Assembly (NCBI GenBank): GCA_029259355.1
Contig: JAPDIZ010000003.1
Coordinates: 69,181-133,180 of the forward strand
Length of the DNA: 64,000 nt
Source of the DNA: Candidatus Bathyarchaeota archaeon
Lineage (GTDB): Archaea; Thermoproteota; Bathyarchaeia; JAPDIZ01
Reading direction: 5' to 3'
The position numbers were made by a program, and so were the translations under genes. Positions 28,194-38,065 of this stretch are shown piece after piece. How positions within the stretch are numbered: the first letter of the stretch is position 1; every line of letters begins with the position of its first letter. The notes under the pieces were generated by a model, which was given only the letters and a program-made list of their open reading frames with translations, did not search any database and was not told the DNA's origin.

Positions 28194-29186
28194 TCAACGC
28201 CTTCTTCCTCCTCTTCGAGGCGAGGGGGTTCCAGCCCCCTTTGCTCGAAAAAAGGGCTCAGAGGATGGTTCTTGAGCCACAGCTCCTCCTCTAAGCGCCA
28301 TCGAAACTATCTCTGACACGATCTGCTCCCTAGTCTTGGTCACGTCGTCTCTTACGCGGATTTTCTTGGTAAACGCCATCAGCGCAGCGTTTAGCAGAAT
28401 GCTCTCATTTCTCCAATCCCCTCCCTCGCTACACAGCTCGCCGAGCACGATGCCCATGTGTATCCCAGCTCTGAGAGAAACCCCAGAAACCAAGTCAGGG
28501 TGCCTATAGGTTAGGTCTACGCACGCTTCGATTAGGTCAAGCAGCTCATCGTTTTTGGCTATATGGTCGTATCCCCTCGCCAAGAGCTCCCTCTTGATTA
28601 TCTCCCTCTCCTCTAAGGGGTCTTGCCTCCTCATCGGAACCCAAACAAATCTATCTATAGCGGCTTCGGGCAGGGGATAAGTTCCCGCATACTCCATGGG
28701 GTTAGCTGTGACGATTACCGAGAAGCCCTTCTTTGCCCTAACCCCACCGAGCTTGGGTATGTGTATCACCCTCTCGTCCATAGCTGTCAACAGGACATTC
28801 CACGTATCGGAGGGTAGCCTAGTCCCCTCGTTTATGAACAAGATACCTCCATCAAGCATAGCCCTCGTCAGCGGGCCTGGGACAAAGGTGTCCCACGAAA
28901 AGCCTGGCTTTATCCCAAGCTTCTCAGCTTCTTCAGCGTTCATCAAGACGAGGGAGGGGTCAAACCACCCAACGATCTTGGAGGGCGTGATGTCGGGGGC
29001 GCCGTCAACGCGGTAGAATGGCCTACCCAGCGCCTTAGCTATCTCCATGCAGATCTTGGTCTTTCCCCTGCCCACGTCGCCCTCTATCAAAACCGGGGTC
29101 TCAGACCTCAGCGCAGCCAGTATGAGCCTAACCTCAACTCTCCGCCCAACAACGGCTTTCTCGAGCTTCTTGAGCACTTCGTCCAT
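28194..29186 (-). CDS. AAA+ ATPase, MoxR/ChlI-like
   Basis: Walker A GDVGRGKT; Walker B-like ILFINEGTR; immediately upstream of the VWA gene. Confidence 0.7.
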   Translation of the reverse strand: MDEVLKKLEKAVVGRRVEVRLILAALRSETPVLIEGDVGRGKTKICMEIAKALGRPFYRVDGAPDITPSKIVGWFDPSLVLMNAEEAEKLGIKPGFSWDTFVPGPLTRAMLDGGILFINEGTRLPSDTWNVLLTAMDERVIHIPKLGGVRAKKGFSVIVTANPMEYAGTYPLPEAAIDRFVWVPMRRQDPLEEREIIKRELLARGYDHIAKNDELLDLIEACVDLTYRHPDLVSGVSLRAGIHMGIVLGELCSEGGDWRNESILLNAALMAFTKKIRVRDDVTKTREQIVSEIVSMALRGGAVAQEPSSEPFFRAKGAGTPSPRRGGRRR

Positions 29187-29223
29187 CGCAGCAGATAATT
29201 AGAAAGCTCCTCGATAAAAATAG

Positions 29224-30093
29224 TTGGCTTCGAAGAGGAAACGCTTTTTTGCCTCCACCTGTCTACGCCGTAACGCAGCCATGACTGCCGAAAACGAGGT
29301 TCAGTTTTTCGTATCACCGCTTCCTTTTCTTCAGAGCGTTGTTGACCAGCTCCTGCTCAGCCCCTGCCTCCGCGCTTCGAAAGCCATAGCCCTACCATAC
29401 TCGAGGAGCCTTTCGCCATACTTTGAGGAAGTAGTCAACGGAGCTCCCTTCGAGACCATAATGGGTTGCCTGCTCGAAGCTGGCTTGATAACGTCGCCAA
29501 CTAAGCAGTGGAAGCAGGTTACGAAGAGGCTGCTCGAAGGGCTTAGGCAGGTTAAGAGAGACCATCCTGATGTAGCCATCGAGTGCTTCAAGCCCGACGG
29601 CTACGAGGAGTGGGTGGTCCACACCTCCACCGAGATAGCTGCGTTGGTTATGAGAGCTGGTGCTAGGGGTAGGGTGGATGTTTCCGAGTGGAGGTCTAAG
29701 CTGCTTGAGAGCCTAGACTTCGAAGACACTGTCGAGGAAGAGGTCGATCGCCTACACGACATAGCTCGTCGCCGCGGATCCCCCGTCTTCGCAGCTACTT
29801 GGGGCACATGCGTCCCCCTGCTGAGAAAGCTTAGGAGCAGAGGGCTCAGAGCACGAGCTGTTTACCCCGTCAAACCCTACGTCAAAAACCCCCTTGAGGA
29901 GCTCGAGACCCTCGTCTACGCAAAAGGAGCTAAGGGCATAAGCGACCAGCTTCTCGAAAACCTAGCTAAGAGATATGTTGACTACGTCAGAGAGTACGTG
30001 ATGAAGACGCACTCAGTGGATGAGGCATACGCCCTCTGGATCAGGAAAGAGATCTCGAAGAAGCTGAGAGCTCTGCTCGCTAAGCAGAGCTGA
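29224..30093 (+). CDS. hypothetical protein
   Basis: 289-aa ORF with no recognisable motif; start uncertain. Confidence 0.3.
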   Translation: MASKRKRFFASTCLRRNAAMTAENEVQFFVSPLPFLQSVVDQLLLSPCLRASKAIALPYSRSLSPYFEEVVNGAPFETIMGCLLEAGLITSPTKQWKQVTKRLLEGLRQVKRDHPDVAIECFKPDGYEEWVVHTSTEIAALVMRAGARGRVDVSEWRSKLLESLDFEDTVEEEVDRLHDIARRRGSPVFAATWGTCVPLLRKLRSRGLRARAVYPVKPYVKNPLEELETLVYAKGAKGISDQLLENLAKRYVDYVREYVMKTHSVDEAYALWIRKEISKKLRALLAKQS

Positions 30094-30145
30094 GGCAACG
30101 CTTTAAGCCAAAGAAACCTTCTGTGCATAGGCAGGAGGTAGCTGT

Positions 30146-30703
30146 GTGTATAGGAGGCTACAGATAGCCATAGCTACCACCTACGACATCCCCCCAGAAC
30201 ATGTAGTGGAGAAGGCTAAAGCAGTTGCCAGAGAGCTTGCGAAGAGGGAGTGCGTTGTTCTCACAGGAGGCAACGGAGGCTTGATGACCATTATCGCGAA
30301 GGAGGTGAACGAGGCAGGAGGGATAACTGTCGGCATATTGGCCAAGGAGCTGGAAGACCTCCCCTGCGACCACCCTTGGCACAACCCCTACAACACCATA
30401 GAAATTAGGTCGGGCGCTTCCTTCGCCATAAGGAGCTTCGTGCTCGTAAACAGCTGCGACGCGCTAATAGTCATCGCTGGAGGCTCTGGAACGCTGACGG
30501 AGGTGGCTATGGCCTACAACTACGGTAAGCCCATAGTCGTGCTTAGGGGGACGGGGATGATTGCAGAGACGTTGGAGAAGAGCTTCCCCGATGGATACCT
30601 AGACCACAGAAAAACGACTAAGATAGTCTTTGCCGACACCCCAGAGGAGGCTGTAGAGATCGCTTGCCGCAAAGCAGAGGAGTGGCGTAGGCGAACCACT
30701 TAA
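30146..30703 (+). CDS. Rossmann-fold nucleotide-binding protein, LOG/TIGR00725-like
   Basis: VLTGGNGGLMTIIAKEV...ALIVIAGGSGTLTEVAMAY resembles the LOG family fold. Confidence 0.5.
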   Translation: MYRRLQIAIATTYDIPPEHVVEKAKAVARELAKRECVVLTGGNGGLMTIIAKEVNEAGGITVGILAKELEDLPCDHPWHNPYNTIEIRSGASFAIRSFVLVNSCDALIVIAGGSGTLTEVAMAYNYGKPIVVLRGTGMIAETLEKSFPDGYLDHRKTTKIVFADTPEEAVEIACRKAEEWRRRTT

Positions 30704-30704
30704 A

Positions 30705-31847
30705 TTGAGATGCTTAGGTGTCTGTGGAGAAGGGGGTCGTTGCTTCGTGGGATATGAAGTTTCTAAGGCTTTGGTAACTGGCGGAGCAGGCTTCGTAGGC
30801 GTAAACTACGCCAAACACCTCCTTGATCGAGGGGTTGAGGTCGTTGTATACGACAACTTTGGGAGAGGCCCTGGGGGAAAGATAAACTGCGAGTGGCTTA
30901 GTAAGCACCCCAACGCCAACAAGCTAGAGGTTGTTGAAGGAGACGTGAGAGACTTCGAGTCCTTGAAGAAAGCTGCCTCTGGATGTGATCTCATCCTCCA
31001 CGCTGCTGCGCAAGTATCGGTTCCGCTGTCCATGGAGGAGCCCAAGGTAGACTTCGAGATCAACGTGTTGGGAACCTTTAACGTGCTCGAGGTTGCGCGA
31101 AGCCTAAACACAGACCCAGCCGTGATCTACACCTCGACGAACAAAGTCTACGGAATCCCTGAGTACGAGCTGGTGGAACTGGAGACGAGATACGACTTCA
31201 CTGGCGACCTGCTTGGGGTTGATGAGAAAGCTCAGCTCAAAGCTGAGGAGCCCTATGGAGCAAGCAAAGCCGTTGGAGACCTCTACGTGAAGGCGTATCA
31301 CAACATCTATGGCCTAAAAACCGTCTCCTTCAGGTGCTCCTGCATGTATGGACCGAGGCAGTGGGGCGTTGAAGAGCAGGGATGGGTTGCGTGGTTCTGC
31401 ACCGCCTTCGCCCTAGGATACCCCATCACCATCTTCGGCAACGGAAAGCAGGTTAGAGACCTCCTATACATAAGCGACGTAGTAGAGGCTTTCGACCTCG
31501 CACTCGACAACATCGACAAAGTAGCTGGTTTAGGCATCAACTTAGGTGGTGGAAAAGAAAATGCGGTTTCGCTTCTAGAGGTCATCGCATACCTCGAGCA
31601 GCTCTCTGGCAGAAAAGTCGATATCCAATTCACCGACTGGCGACCATTTGACAACAAGTGCTACTACACCGACATCACTCTCGTTAAGAAGCTGCTGGGG
31701 TGGATTCCAAAGGTTTCTTGGCGCGACGGAGTGAGAATGACTTACGAATGGGTTAAGGAAAACCTCGAGGTTATTGAAGAGGTGTATCGCTCCAAAGAGG
31801 GAAGAAGCTTAAGACCTATGGTGGAAGCCGCAAAGAAACATGGCTGA
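30705..31847 (+). CDS. NAD-dependent nucleotide-sugar epimerase/dehydratase (extended SDR) with Cys-rich N-terminal extension
   Basis: TTG start; ALVTGGAGFVGVNYAKHLL; Y-x3-K (YGASKAVGD); N-terminal MRCLGVCGEGGRC leader precedes the Rossmann motif. Confidence 0.75.
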   Translation: MRCLGVCGEGGRCFVGYEVSKALVTGGAGFVGVNYAKHLLDRGVEVVVYDNFGRGPGGKINCEWLSKHPNANKLEVVEGDVRDFESLKKAASGCDLILHAAAQVSVPLSMEEPKVDFEINVLGTFNVLEVARSLNTDPAVIYTSTNKVYGIPEYELVELETRYDFTGDLLGVDEKAQLKAEEPYGASKAVGDLYVKAYHNIYGLKTVSFRCSCMYGPRQWGVEEQGWVAWFCTAFALGYPITIFGNGKQVRDLLYISDVVEAFDLALDNIDKVAGLGINLGGGKENAVSLLEVIAYLEQLSGRKVDIQFTDWRPFDNKCYYTDITLVKKLLGWIPKVSWRDGVRMTYEWVKENLEVIEEVYRSKEGRSLRPMVEAAKKHG

Positions 31848-31993
31848 CGAATAGATCCACGGCCTTCTGCCTTCACAAAAAACTGAGCAGCCATACCCAC
31901 TACCACCAATAAGTATAAACCTTTGTGATTTTGGGGGGAGGTTTACGGAGCCCTTCTGGAGCTGATAGACGCTCCCTATAGGATTATTGAAGG

Positions 31994-32827
31994 GTGAGAG
32001 TGCAGGGAGCTATGCAGAAAGTCCTAGAAGAAGCTGCTGCTCAACCTTGCTACGGAACTCCATACAGATATTTAATCAGACTTCATCTACACGCCTTCGT
32101 AGAGGAACTCCTGAAGAAAACTCCCAGAGAGCTTCTAATTCTAGACGTAGGCTGTGGAAAAGGCGCGTACTCCCGCGTATTCAGCAACTTCCAAACACTC
32201 GGTAAGTACGTAGGCGGAGATATCGAAGCGTTTCGAGACTCTTGGAAGCAAGCTAAGAGGCGTTTTGAGGGAAAGTTCTCAGCTGACTACATCTGCTTTG
32301 ACGCAAACCACCTACCTCTCAAGGACGACGCATTTGACGCTGTGCTGTGCATAGCAGCTCTTGAGCACATAAAAGACGATGAGTCAGCGGTAGAGGAGAT
32401 CGAAAGGGTGTTGAGGAAGGAGGGGGTAGCTTATGTATGGGTTCCAAGCAAGGGCACATGGTTGTTTGATTTAGGCAAGCACGGCTACCACTTCTACTCT
32501 CTCAAAGATATCGTCAAGCTCTTTGAGGGAAGAAGACTCACCATCAGCAAAGTCATGCCAACAGGAGGTACACTTTGCTTCATCACCACCTGCCTAACTA
32601 TTTGGCTCAAACTCGTCATCTCAGCGATCGCGTTGGCTCTGGGGATAAGCAAAGATAGGAGGAAGTACTTGGCAGATGGCGTCGATCGCCTAAGGATTAA
32701 GTTAGGAGAGGCTTACGACAAAGCCCTCAAGTATTGCGTGAGGAAAGATTTTGCTGCTGGCAACAAGCTCCCAGGCGGTTACTCCATAATCATTTACAAG
32801 CGTTTTCCTTCTAGAGAAATGGTGTAG
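31994..32827 (+). CDS. class I SAM-dependent methyltransferase
   Basis: Motif I LILDVGCGKGAYS. Confidence 0.7.
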   Translation: MRVQGAMQKVLEEAAAQPCYGTPYRYLIRLHLHAFVEELLKKTPRELLILDVGCGKGAYSRVFSNFQTLGKYVGGDIEAFRDSWKQAKRRFEGKFSADYICFDANHLPLKDDAFDAVLCIAALEHIKDDESAVEEIERVLRKEGVAYVWVPSKGTWLFDLGKHGYHFYSLKDIVKLFEGRRLTISKVMPTGGTLCFITTCLTIWLKLVISAIALALGISKDRRKYLADGVDRLRIKLGEAYDKALKYCVRKDFAAGNKLPGGYSIIIYKRFPSREMV

Positions 32828-32863
32828 AGAGGCACCATTCAGATCTATTCGATTTGGCGAGAG

Positions 32864-33997
32864 GTGAACTACTTGCAAAGACGCGAGTTTAGAAAAATTC
32901 CCTTCATTGATTTGGTCAGACAGTACGAATCGATTAGAAACGAAATTGACTCAGCTATAAGCAGCGTCATCGAGCGAGGAAAGTTTATTCTTGGAGAAAA
33001 CGTTGAGCAATTCGAGAAAGAGTTTGCTCGTTTTTGTGGAGTGAAGTATGGGGTGGGAGTTGGTTCGGGAGCAGATGCTCTTCTATTCGCCCTCAAAGCA
33101 CTTGGTATCGAAGCTGGGGATGAGGTGATCACAACGCCTTTTACCTTCGTAGCGACGGTTAACGCAATAGTGCTTGCTGGAGCAAAGCCTGTATTCGTTG
33201 ATATCGACCCCGACACCTACTGCCTATCCCCTGATAAGCTTAAGAAGGCGATTACCTCTCGAACCAAAGCCATAATCCCTGTGCATCTCTATGGACACCC
33301 ATGCGACATGAAGCCCATTCTCGAGGTGGCTGAGGAATATGGGCTCTACGTCGTTGAGGATGCCTGTCAAGCACACGGAGCGCAGTACTATGGAGCAAAA
33401 GCAGGTTCGTTTGGAATATGCGGGTGCTTCAGCTTCTATCCGACCAAAAACTTGGGAGCGTTTGGAGATGGAGGAATGGTCGTCACCAACGACTACGAAC
33501 TCGCTGAGAGAATAAGGCTGCTTAGAGCGCAGGGGCAGAGATCGAGATACAGTTACGAGGTAATTGGCTACACCAGTAGGCTTGATGAAATTCAAGCAGC
33601 TATTCTGAGAGTAAAGCTAAGACATCTCGAAGAGTGGAATGAAAAGCGTAGGGAAAAAGCTAGGACCTACTCGAAGCTCTTAAGCGAACTTGACTTAGTC
33701 TTGCCCATAGAGAAAAACTACGCTAAGCACGTCTACCACCTCTACGTAATTAGATGCAGCAGACGTGATGAATTAGTTACTTTTCTAAACCAAAACGGAG
33801 TTGAGGCGCTCATCCATTACCCAACACCCATTCACTTAGCAAGTGGATACCGCTTTATGAGGTACAGCTCAAACTCATTCCCCGTCTCCGAGCGATGCGC
33901 TAAGGAAGTGGTTTCGCTACCCATTTTCCCCGAACTCAGCGTCGAAGAAGTGGAATACGTCTGCTCGCTGTTGGAGGAGTTTCTGAACAGCTACTAA
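32864..33997 (+). CDS. DegT/DnrJ/EryC1/StrS-family PLP-dependent nucleotide-sugar aminotransferase
   Basis: GVGVGSGADALLFALKALGIEAGDEVITTPFTFVATVNAI; DACQAHGA; lysine-containing FSFYPTKNLGAFGDGG. Confidence 0.85.
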   Translation: MNYLQRREFRKIPFIDLVRQYESIRNEIDSAISSVIERGKFILGENVEQFEKEFARFCGVKYGVGVGSGADALLFALKALGIEAGDEVITTPFTFVATVNAIVLAGAKPVFVDIDPDTYCLSPDKLKKAITSRTKAIIPVHLYGHPCDMKPILEVAEEYGLYVVEDACQAHGAQYYGAKAGSFGICGCFSFYPTKNLGAFGDGGMVVTNDYELAERIRLLRAQGQRSRYSYEVIGYTSRLDEIQAAILRVKLRHLEEWNEKRREKARTYSKLLSELDLVLPIEKNYAKHVYHLYVIRCSRRDELVTFLNQNGVEALIHYPTPIHLASGYRFMRYSSNSFPVSERCAKEVVSLPIFPELSVEEVEYVCSLLEEFLNSY

Positions 33998-34011
33998 TGA
34001 GCAAAAACTTG

Positions 34012-34623
34012 TTAGGAACAGGGTTTTCTCGCTACCACCACATACCCCGTCGTCCAAGCTTCGCTACAGCCTCTATCTAGCCTGCTCAAGAGGTGTGCAA
34101 AGAGCCACAGAGGATACTTTATGAGCGGTGGGAAGCGCTCCCCCCACACGTGTATGAGAGAACCAACCGATGTAAACAGCCCACCTTGAGACTCGATGAG
34201 GTCCACGCTGAAGCCCAGTTCCTCAAGAATCCTCCTCACCCCCCTAGGGGTTATCCTCCAATAATCCTTCTCATCATGTAGTGGGTAAAGAAACGGCGTA
34301 GACAATATCAGGACGCCATCATTGACCAAAACCCTCCTGACCTCTTCCAACGCCTCGCCCGGCTTTTCCAAATGCTCCAAGACCTCGGTGCATATCACAG
34401 CATTGACGGACCTCCCCCTGATCGGAAGGTGATGCGCGTCCGCGACCACATCCACCTTATGGCTCGACTTATCGATGTCGAGCCTGATAGACTTGACTTG
34501 AGGGAGTTGAGAGTATGGAGACGCACCCGCGCCTACGTCGAGAACGACTCCCTTGATTCCGCGGCATAGCTTAAGCATAGCTTGATCCAAGAGCTTGCGC
34601 CGAGGCGTTCTGCAGATAGCCAC
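34012..34623 (-). CDS. class I SAM-dependent methyltransferase
   Basis: GVVLDVGAGASPY motif I; 203 aa. Confidence 0.7.
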   Translation of the reverse strand: MAICRTPRRKLLDQAMLKLCRGIKGVVLDVGAGASPYSQLPQVKSIRLDIDKSSHKVDVVADAHHLPIRGRSVNAVICTEVLEHLEKPGEALEEVRRVLVNDGVLILSTPFLYPLHDEKDYWRITPRGVRRILEELGFSVDLIESQGGLFTSVGSLIHVWGERFPPLIKYPLWLFAHLLSRLDRGCSEAWTTGYVVVARKPCS

Positions 34624-34714
34624 GCGTTATCCTCCGCAGTAGCTATTGCAGATCGAAAACGCCTTTTAATTCGTTGGAGCTCTTCTTCTATAAAGGCAAA
34701 TCGGTGCAGCAAAG

Positions 34715-36028
34715 TTGAAAATAGGCTTGGTAACCGAGTTTTTCCCTCCCTACATACTTGGTGGAGGAGAGCTTAGCGTAAAAGAATTAGGCAAAGCGCT
34801 GGCAGAGGCTGGCGAGGAAGTTTACGTCATAACACCTAGCTACGATGGGTGGAGAGGGGAACTCAGCTTAGACGGATACACCGTCGTGTACTACCCTTTT
34901 CCCCTCAAACAAGCTTTTGATCACAGATACCTAGTCGGAAACCCCCTCTTCTTTAGGTACATGGCTAGGGAAGTTGGCAAAGCCTGTTCGAAGTATTCGA
35001 TAGAAATCTTGCACGCGCAAAACAAGTACGCCGTCCCAGGAACCATATACGCTGGGGAAAAAGCCAGCATCCCAGTTGTAGCAACGCTGAGAGATACCAT
35101 AGCTATCTGCGAATTCGGCATATGCTTGCTCAGTTTTCCACACAAACCTCCTAGGTGGTGTAGCTTCTGGAAGCGACTGCGCTGTTGCATAAACTTTCTA
35201 GAGATGTATAGCGATAGTGTCTCGACTCTGGATAAGCTAGTAAAAGCTCCTCTACTAGCTACTTACTCAGCTTACTTAGCTCGTGTCTTGAGAAGCGATC
35301 TTCGAAAAGTGGACAAGATAGTTTTCGCAAGCCAAGGGCTTCTGGAAGTCTACGCTAGCCTAGATCTCCCGCGCGAAAAGCTAGCAGTTATACCCAACAT
35401 CCCTCCTCGCATAGAGGCGAAGGCAGGGAATCACCGAGACGTTAGGAAAAGCTTAGCCGTCGGGGAAGACGCTTTTCTCGTGGTGTATGCGGGTAGGATC
35501 TCTTGGGGAAAAGGAGTCCATACGCTTTTAGAAGCTGTACGCTTGCTGATGAGAAGAGGTGAGGCAAAGAATCTGAAGGTGGCGCTGGTTGGAGGAGGCT
35601 TGGTGAACCGCTTCACAGAAATCAGCAGAGAATACGGGCTTAACGATTCTGTGATGTTTTTGGGTCCTCGCCCCCACGACTTCGTACTCTCGCTTGTTGC
35701 ATCATCTGATGCTGCTGTCATGCCATCTGTGTGGCCAGAACCTCTGAGCAGGTTTGTTCTGGAAGCTATGGTGCTATCCAAGCCCATAATCGCCACGAGA
35801 GTTGGGGGAAACCCAGACGCCGTCATAGACGGAGAAAACGGCTTCCTTGTCAAACCCAGTAGCCCCACAGAGTTAGCAAACGCTCTATCCAAGTTGATCA
35901 ACAACCCCGACCTACGCAAAAAGATGGGGGCTCGAAGCAGAGAACTCGTTAAAGAGATATTCAGCAGAGAGGAGATCGTGAAGAAAACGCTCGACCTATA
36001 TCGCGATGTGTTGGAGGCGAAGCGTTAA
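34715..36028 (+). CDS. GT4 glycosyltransferase (GT-B, group 1)
   Basis: N-terminal KIGLVTEFFPPYILGGGE; C-terminal VMPSVWPEPLSRFVLEAMVLSKPIIATRVGG. Confidence 0.8.
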   Translation: MKIGLVTEFFPPYILGGGELSVKELGKALAEAGEEVYVITPSYDGWRGELSLDGYTVVYYPFPLKQAFDHRYLVGNPLFFRYMAREVGKACSKYSIEILHAQNKYAVPGTIYAGEKASIPVVATLRDTIAICEFGICLLSFPHKPPRWCSFWKRLRCCINFLEMYSDSVSTLDKLVKAPLLATYSAYLARVLRSDLRKVDKIVFASQGLLEVYASLDLPREKLAVIPNIPPRIEAKAGNHRDVRKSLAVGEDAFLVVYAGRISWGKGVHTLLEAVRLLMRRGEAKNLKVALVGGGLVNRFTEISREYGLNDSVMFLGPRPHDFVLSLVASSDAAVMPSVWPEPLSRFVLEAMVLSKPIIATRVGGNPDAVIDGENGFLVKPSSPTELANALSKLINNPDLRKKMGARSRELVKEIFSREEIVKKTLDLYRDVLEAKR

Positions 36029-37944
36029 CGAAGACCTGATACAGACTCAAAGTCATATGCTTTATCGAGCGCGTTTATTCGGTGCACTGGATATCCTACA
36101 TCGAGTATCCTATCCGTCAGAGGGGTTTTATCCATCTCCACGCGAATCGATTTTACGTAGTAGAAATCGACGAACTCGAGGTTTTGCAAGTTCACATAGC
36201 CTATCCTGCCAGTCCATGGGTCAAAGTAAAAGGGCGAAATGCTGTTCGATGGAAAGGGAGCGCTCCTCCCTAGCCAGTTGATGACTATGAAGTCCCTCTG
36301 AGTTATTCTTACACCAAACATCTCACTACAATACTCGAAGTAGCTGATCGCGTATAGACAAGCCACCACAGTTATCGCCGCGAGTAGAGCGTAGCGAATA
36401 TACCTAGTTGCTGAGCCGAGTAGCTTGAGAACATAGCTTAACCCAACAGCTGCTAGAACGCAGGCAGGCACAGAAGATACGTAGACAAACCGGGGGATGT
36501 CTGGCGTGTCTAGGGGGAACTGCGCGTAGAACAGGCTTTGCTCAGCCAACACGACTGAGGAGAGAAGCCAAAGAACCAATAGCTTTCCTCCATACCCCTC
36601 TTCGAAAAACGCGTAAAAAAGCCCAGCTAACGTGAGCACGAAGACTATAGGCGAGAAGTTGGATACAAAGTCGAACAGAAGCCTGACAGGGACCTCGACC
36701 ACCTCCTCATAGTACATAGACACTCTTCCATAGACTATGAGGTATGTCACAGAAACAACTAACAAGCCCACAAACGCCTTTTTAGCCCAGCTCCAGCGGA
36801 GCCAGCTAGCTTCTTTCCTCGCTGTAAGCACTAAAGCTACAGCCAACATTGCGTAGATGAAAATCGACGCAGGATATGGATGCGTCAGCATCAGCGAAAA
36901 AACCATGATAGCGAGGGGGAGGAGAAGCCTATCGTCTCGCCTCTTCAAGTAGCAGAGGAAGCAGTGAGCAGCGTAAATCGAGAGAGCTACACCCATTAAG
37001 CACTTGTAGAGGTCAGAGGTGTGTCTGAGGATTCCCGGAGAGGTAGCGAAGAAAACCCCGGCAAAGGCCGCGGCTAGCTGGCTGCCAGTGAGCCTGTGGA
37101 CAAGCCCATAAGCCCCCACAGCCCCAAGCGCCATTAACAAAAGCGGCAACAGCTCAACCACCCTTATCCAGTAGGGTTTGTGGAGTGGTTGGAGAAAAGC
37201 GCCAATAGCCTCAAACGTTAGGTGAGCACCTTTGGTCATGAGCGGAAACTCGTGTGGAGAAACCCTATGCTCCAAAGTAGCGATGTAGATGGGTACGTCC
37301 CAGCCTACGGGCGCGTGAAGGCCTACGCTAGCAAATAACCGAGTGCTAACCGCTACAAGCGACACGAGAAAAAGCGGAAGAAACGAGTTCGGTGTAGTTG
37401 GCGAAGCAGTTTGTATAGTTCCTAAAGCGCCTTTCCCCCTATCAACAGCACTTTTCAAAAGAGACGAAAAGGTCCACCAATAAAGAAGCAAGAGCACAAC
37501 CTTGGTGGAAAGCTCGATCATCCAAGGTAACCTAAAGCCAGCTTGTGTTAGAGCAAATTCCACGAGGAAAGAGGGAGCTGCTACAAAGATCCACAGCTGC
37601 TGAATGGGCTTAGCGTTTCTGGGAAAAGCTAGGAGCGCATCACGTAACCAGTTCGGCGCAGCGATCCAGGCAGCTGTATAGATTGTGAAAGCGGCGAGAA
37701 GAGCAACTAGAAGTAGACGGGTAATGCCTCTCTTCAACTGGCGATGAGTTAGCCACCCCAACAGCGCTCCAAATGCTAGCGCAGCAAAGATTATTGAGCA
37801 GCATTGGCTGTGGCCAGGGTATGCGGTAAGGGCAATAGCTCCAGCACCAGTTGGTATCAGCAACAGCAGCCACGCAACTACGTCTATCCATCTTCTCCGC
37901 ACTTTGGATATACACCTGCCATCGCTCGCATAACTGCTCAACAA
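36025..37944 (-). CDS. large polytopic membrane protein, possible GT-C-like glycosyltransferase or polymerase
   Basis: 639 aa, more than 12 predicted TM helices by hydrophobicity, C-terminal soluble region; no diagnostic motif recognised. Confidence 0.4.
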   Translation of the reverse strand: MLSSYASDGRCISKVRRRWIDVVAWLLLLIPTGAGAIALTAYPGHSQCCSIIFAALAFGALLGWLTHRQLKRGITRLLLVALLAAFTIYTAAWIAAPNWLRDALLAFPRNAKPIQQLWIFVAAPSFLVEFALTQAGFRLPWMIELSTKVVLLLLYWWTFSSLLKSAVDRGKGALGTIQTASPTTPNSFLPLFLVSLVAVSTRLFASVGLHAPVGWDVPIYIATLEHRVSPHEFPLMTKGAHLTFEAIGAFLQPLHKPYWIRVVELLPLLLMALGAVGAYGLVHRLTGSQLAAAFAGVFFATSPGILRHTSDLYKCLMGVALSIYAAHCFLCYLKRRDDRLLLPLAIMVFSLMLTHPYPASIFIYAMLAVALVLTARKEASWLRWSWAKKAFVGLLVVSVTYLIVYGRVSMYYEEVVEVPVRLLFDFVSNFSPIVFVLTLAGLFYAFFEEGYGGKLLVLWLLSSVVLAEQSLFYAQFPLDTPDIPRFVYVSSVPACVLAAVGLSYVLKLLGSATRYIRYALLAAITVVACLYAISYFEYCSEMFGVRITQRDFIVINWLGRSAPFPSNSISPFYFDPWTGRIGYVNLQNLEFVDFYYVKSIRVEMDKTPLTDRILDVGYPVHRINALDKAYDFESVSGLR

Positions 37945-38065
37945 TTGGCTTCCTCGCTCTTAAGGAGGTTTTCGTAAAAAGATGTTGACGCTACAGCATC
38001 TCTAGTCAGTAGTCAAGTTCTTTAAGAAGCATGTCAAACGAGATTATTGCGGGATAGGTGGTCAG

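Noticed and set aside
30146-30703. LOG/SLOG-like Rossmann protein as part of a nucleotide-sensing defence system
   Set aside because: It has no effector or sensor partners nearby and resembles a conserved standalone archaeal family; context is biosynthetic.
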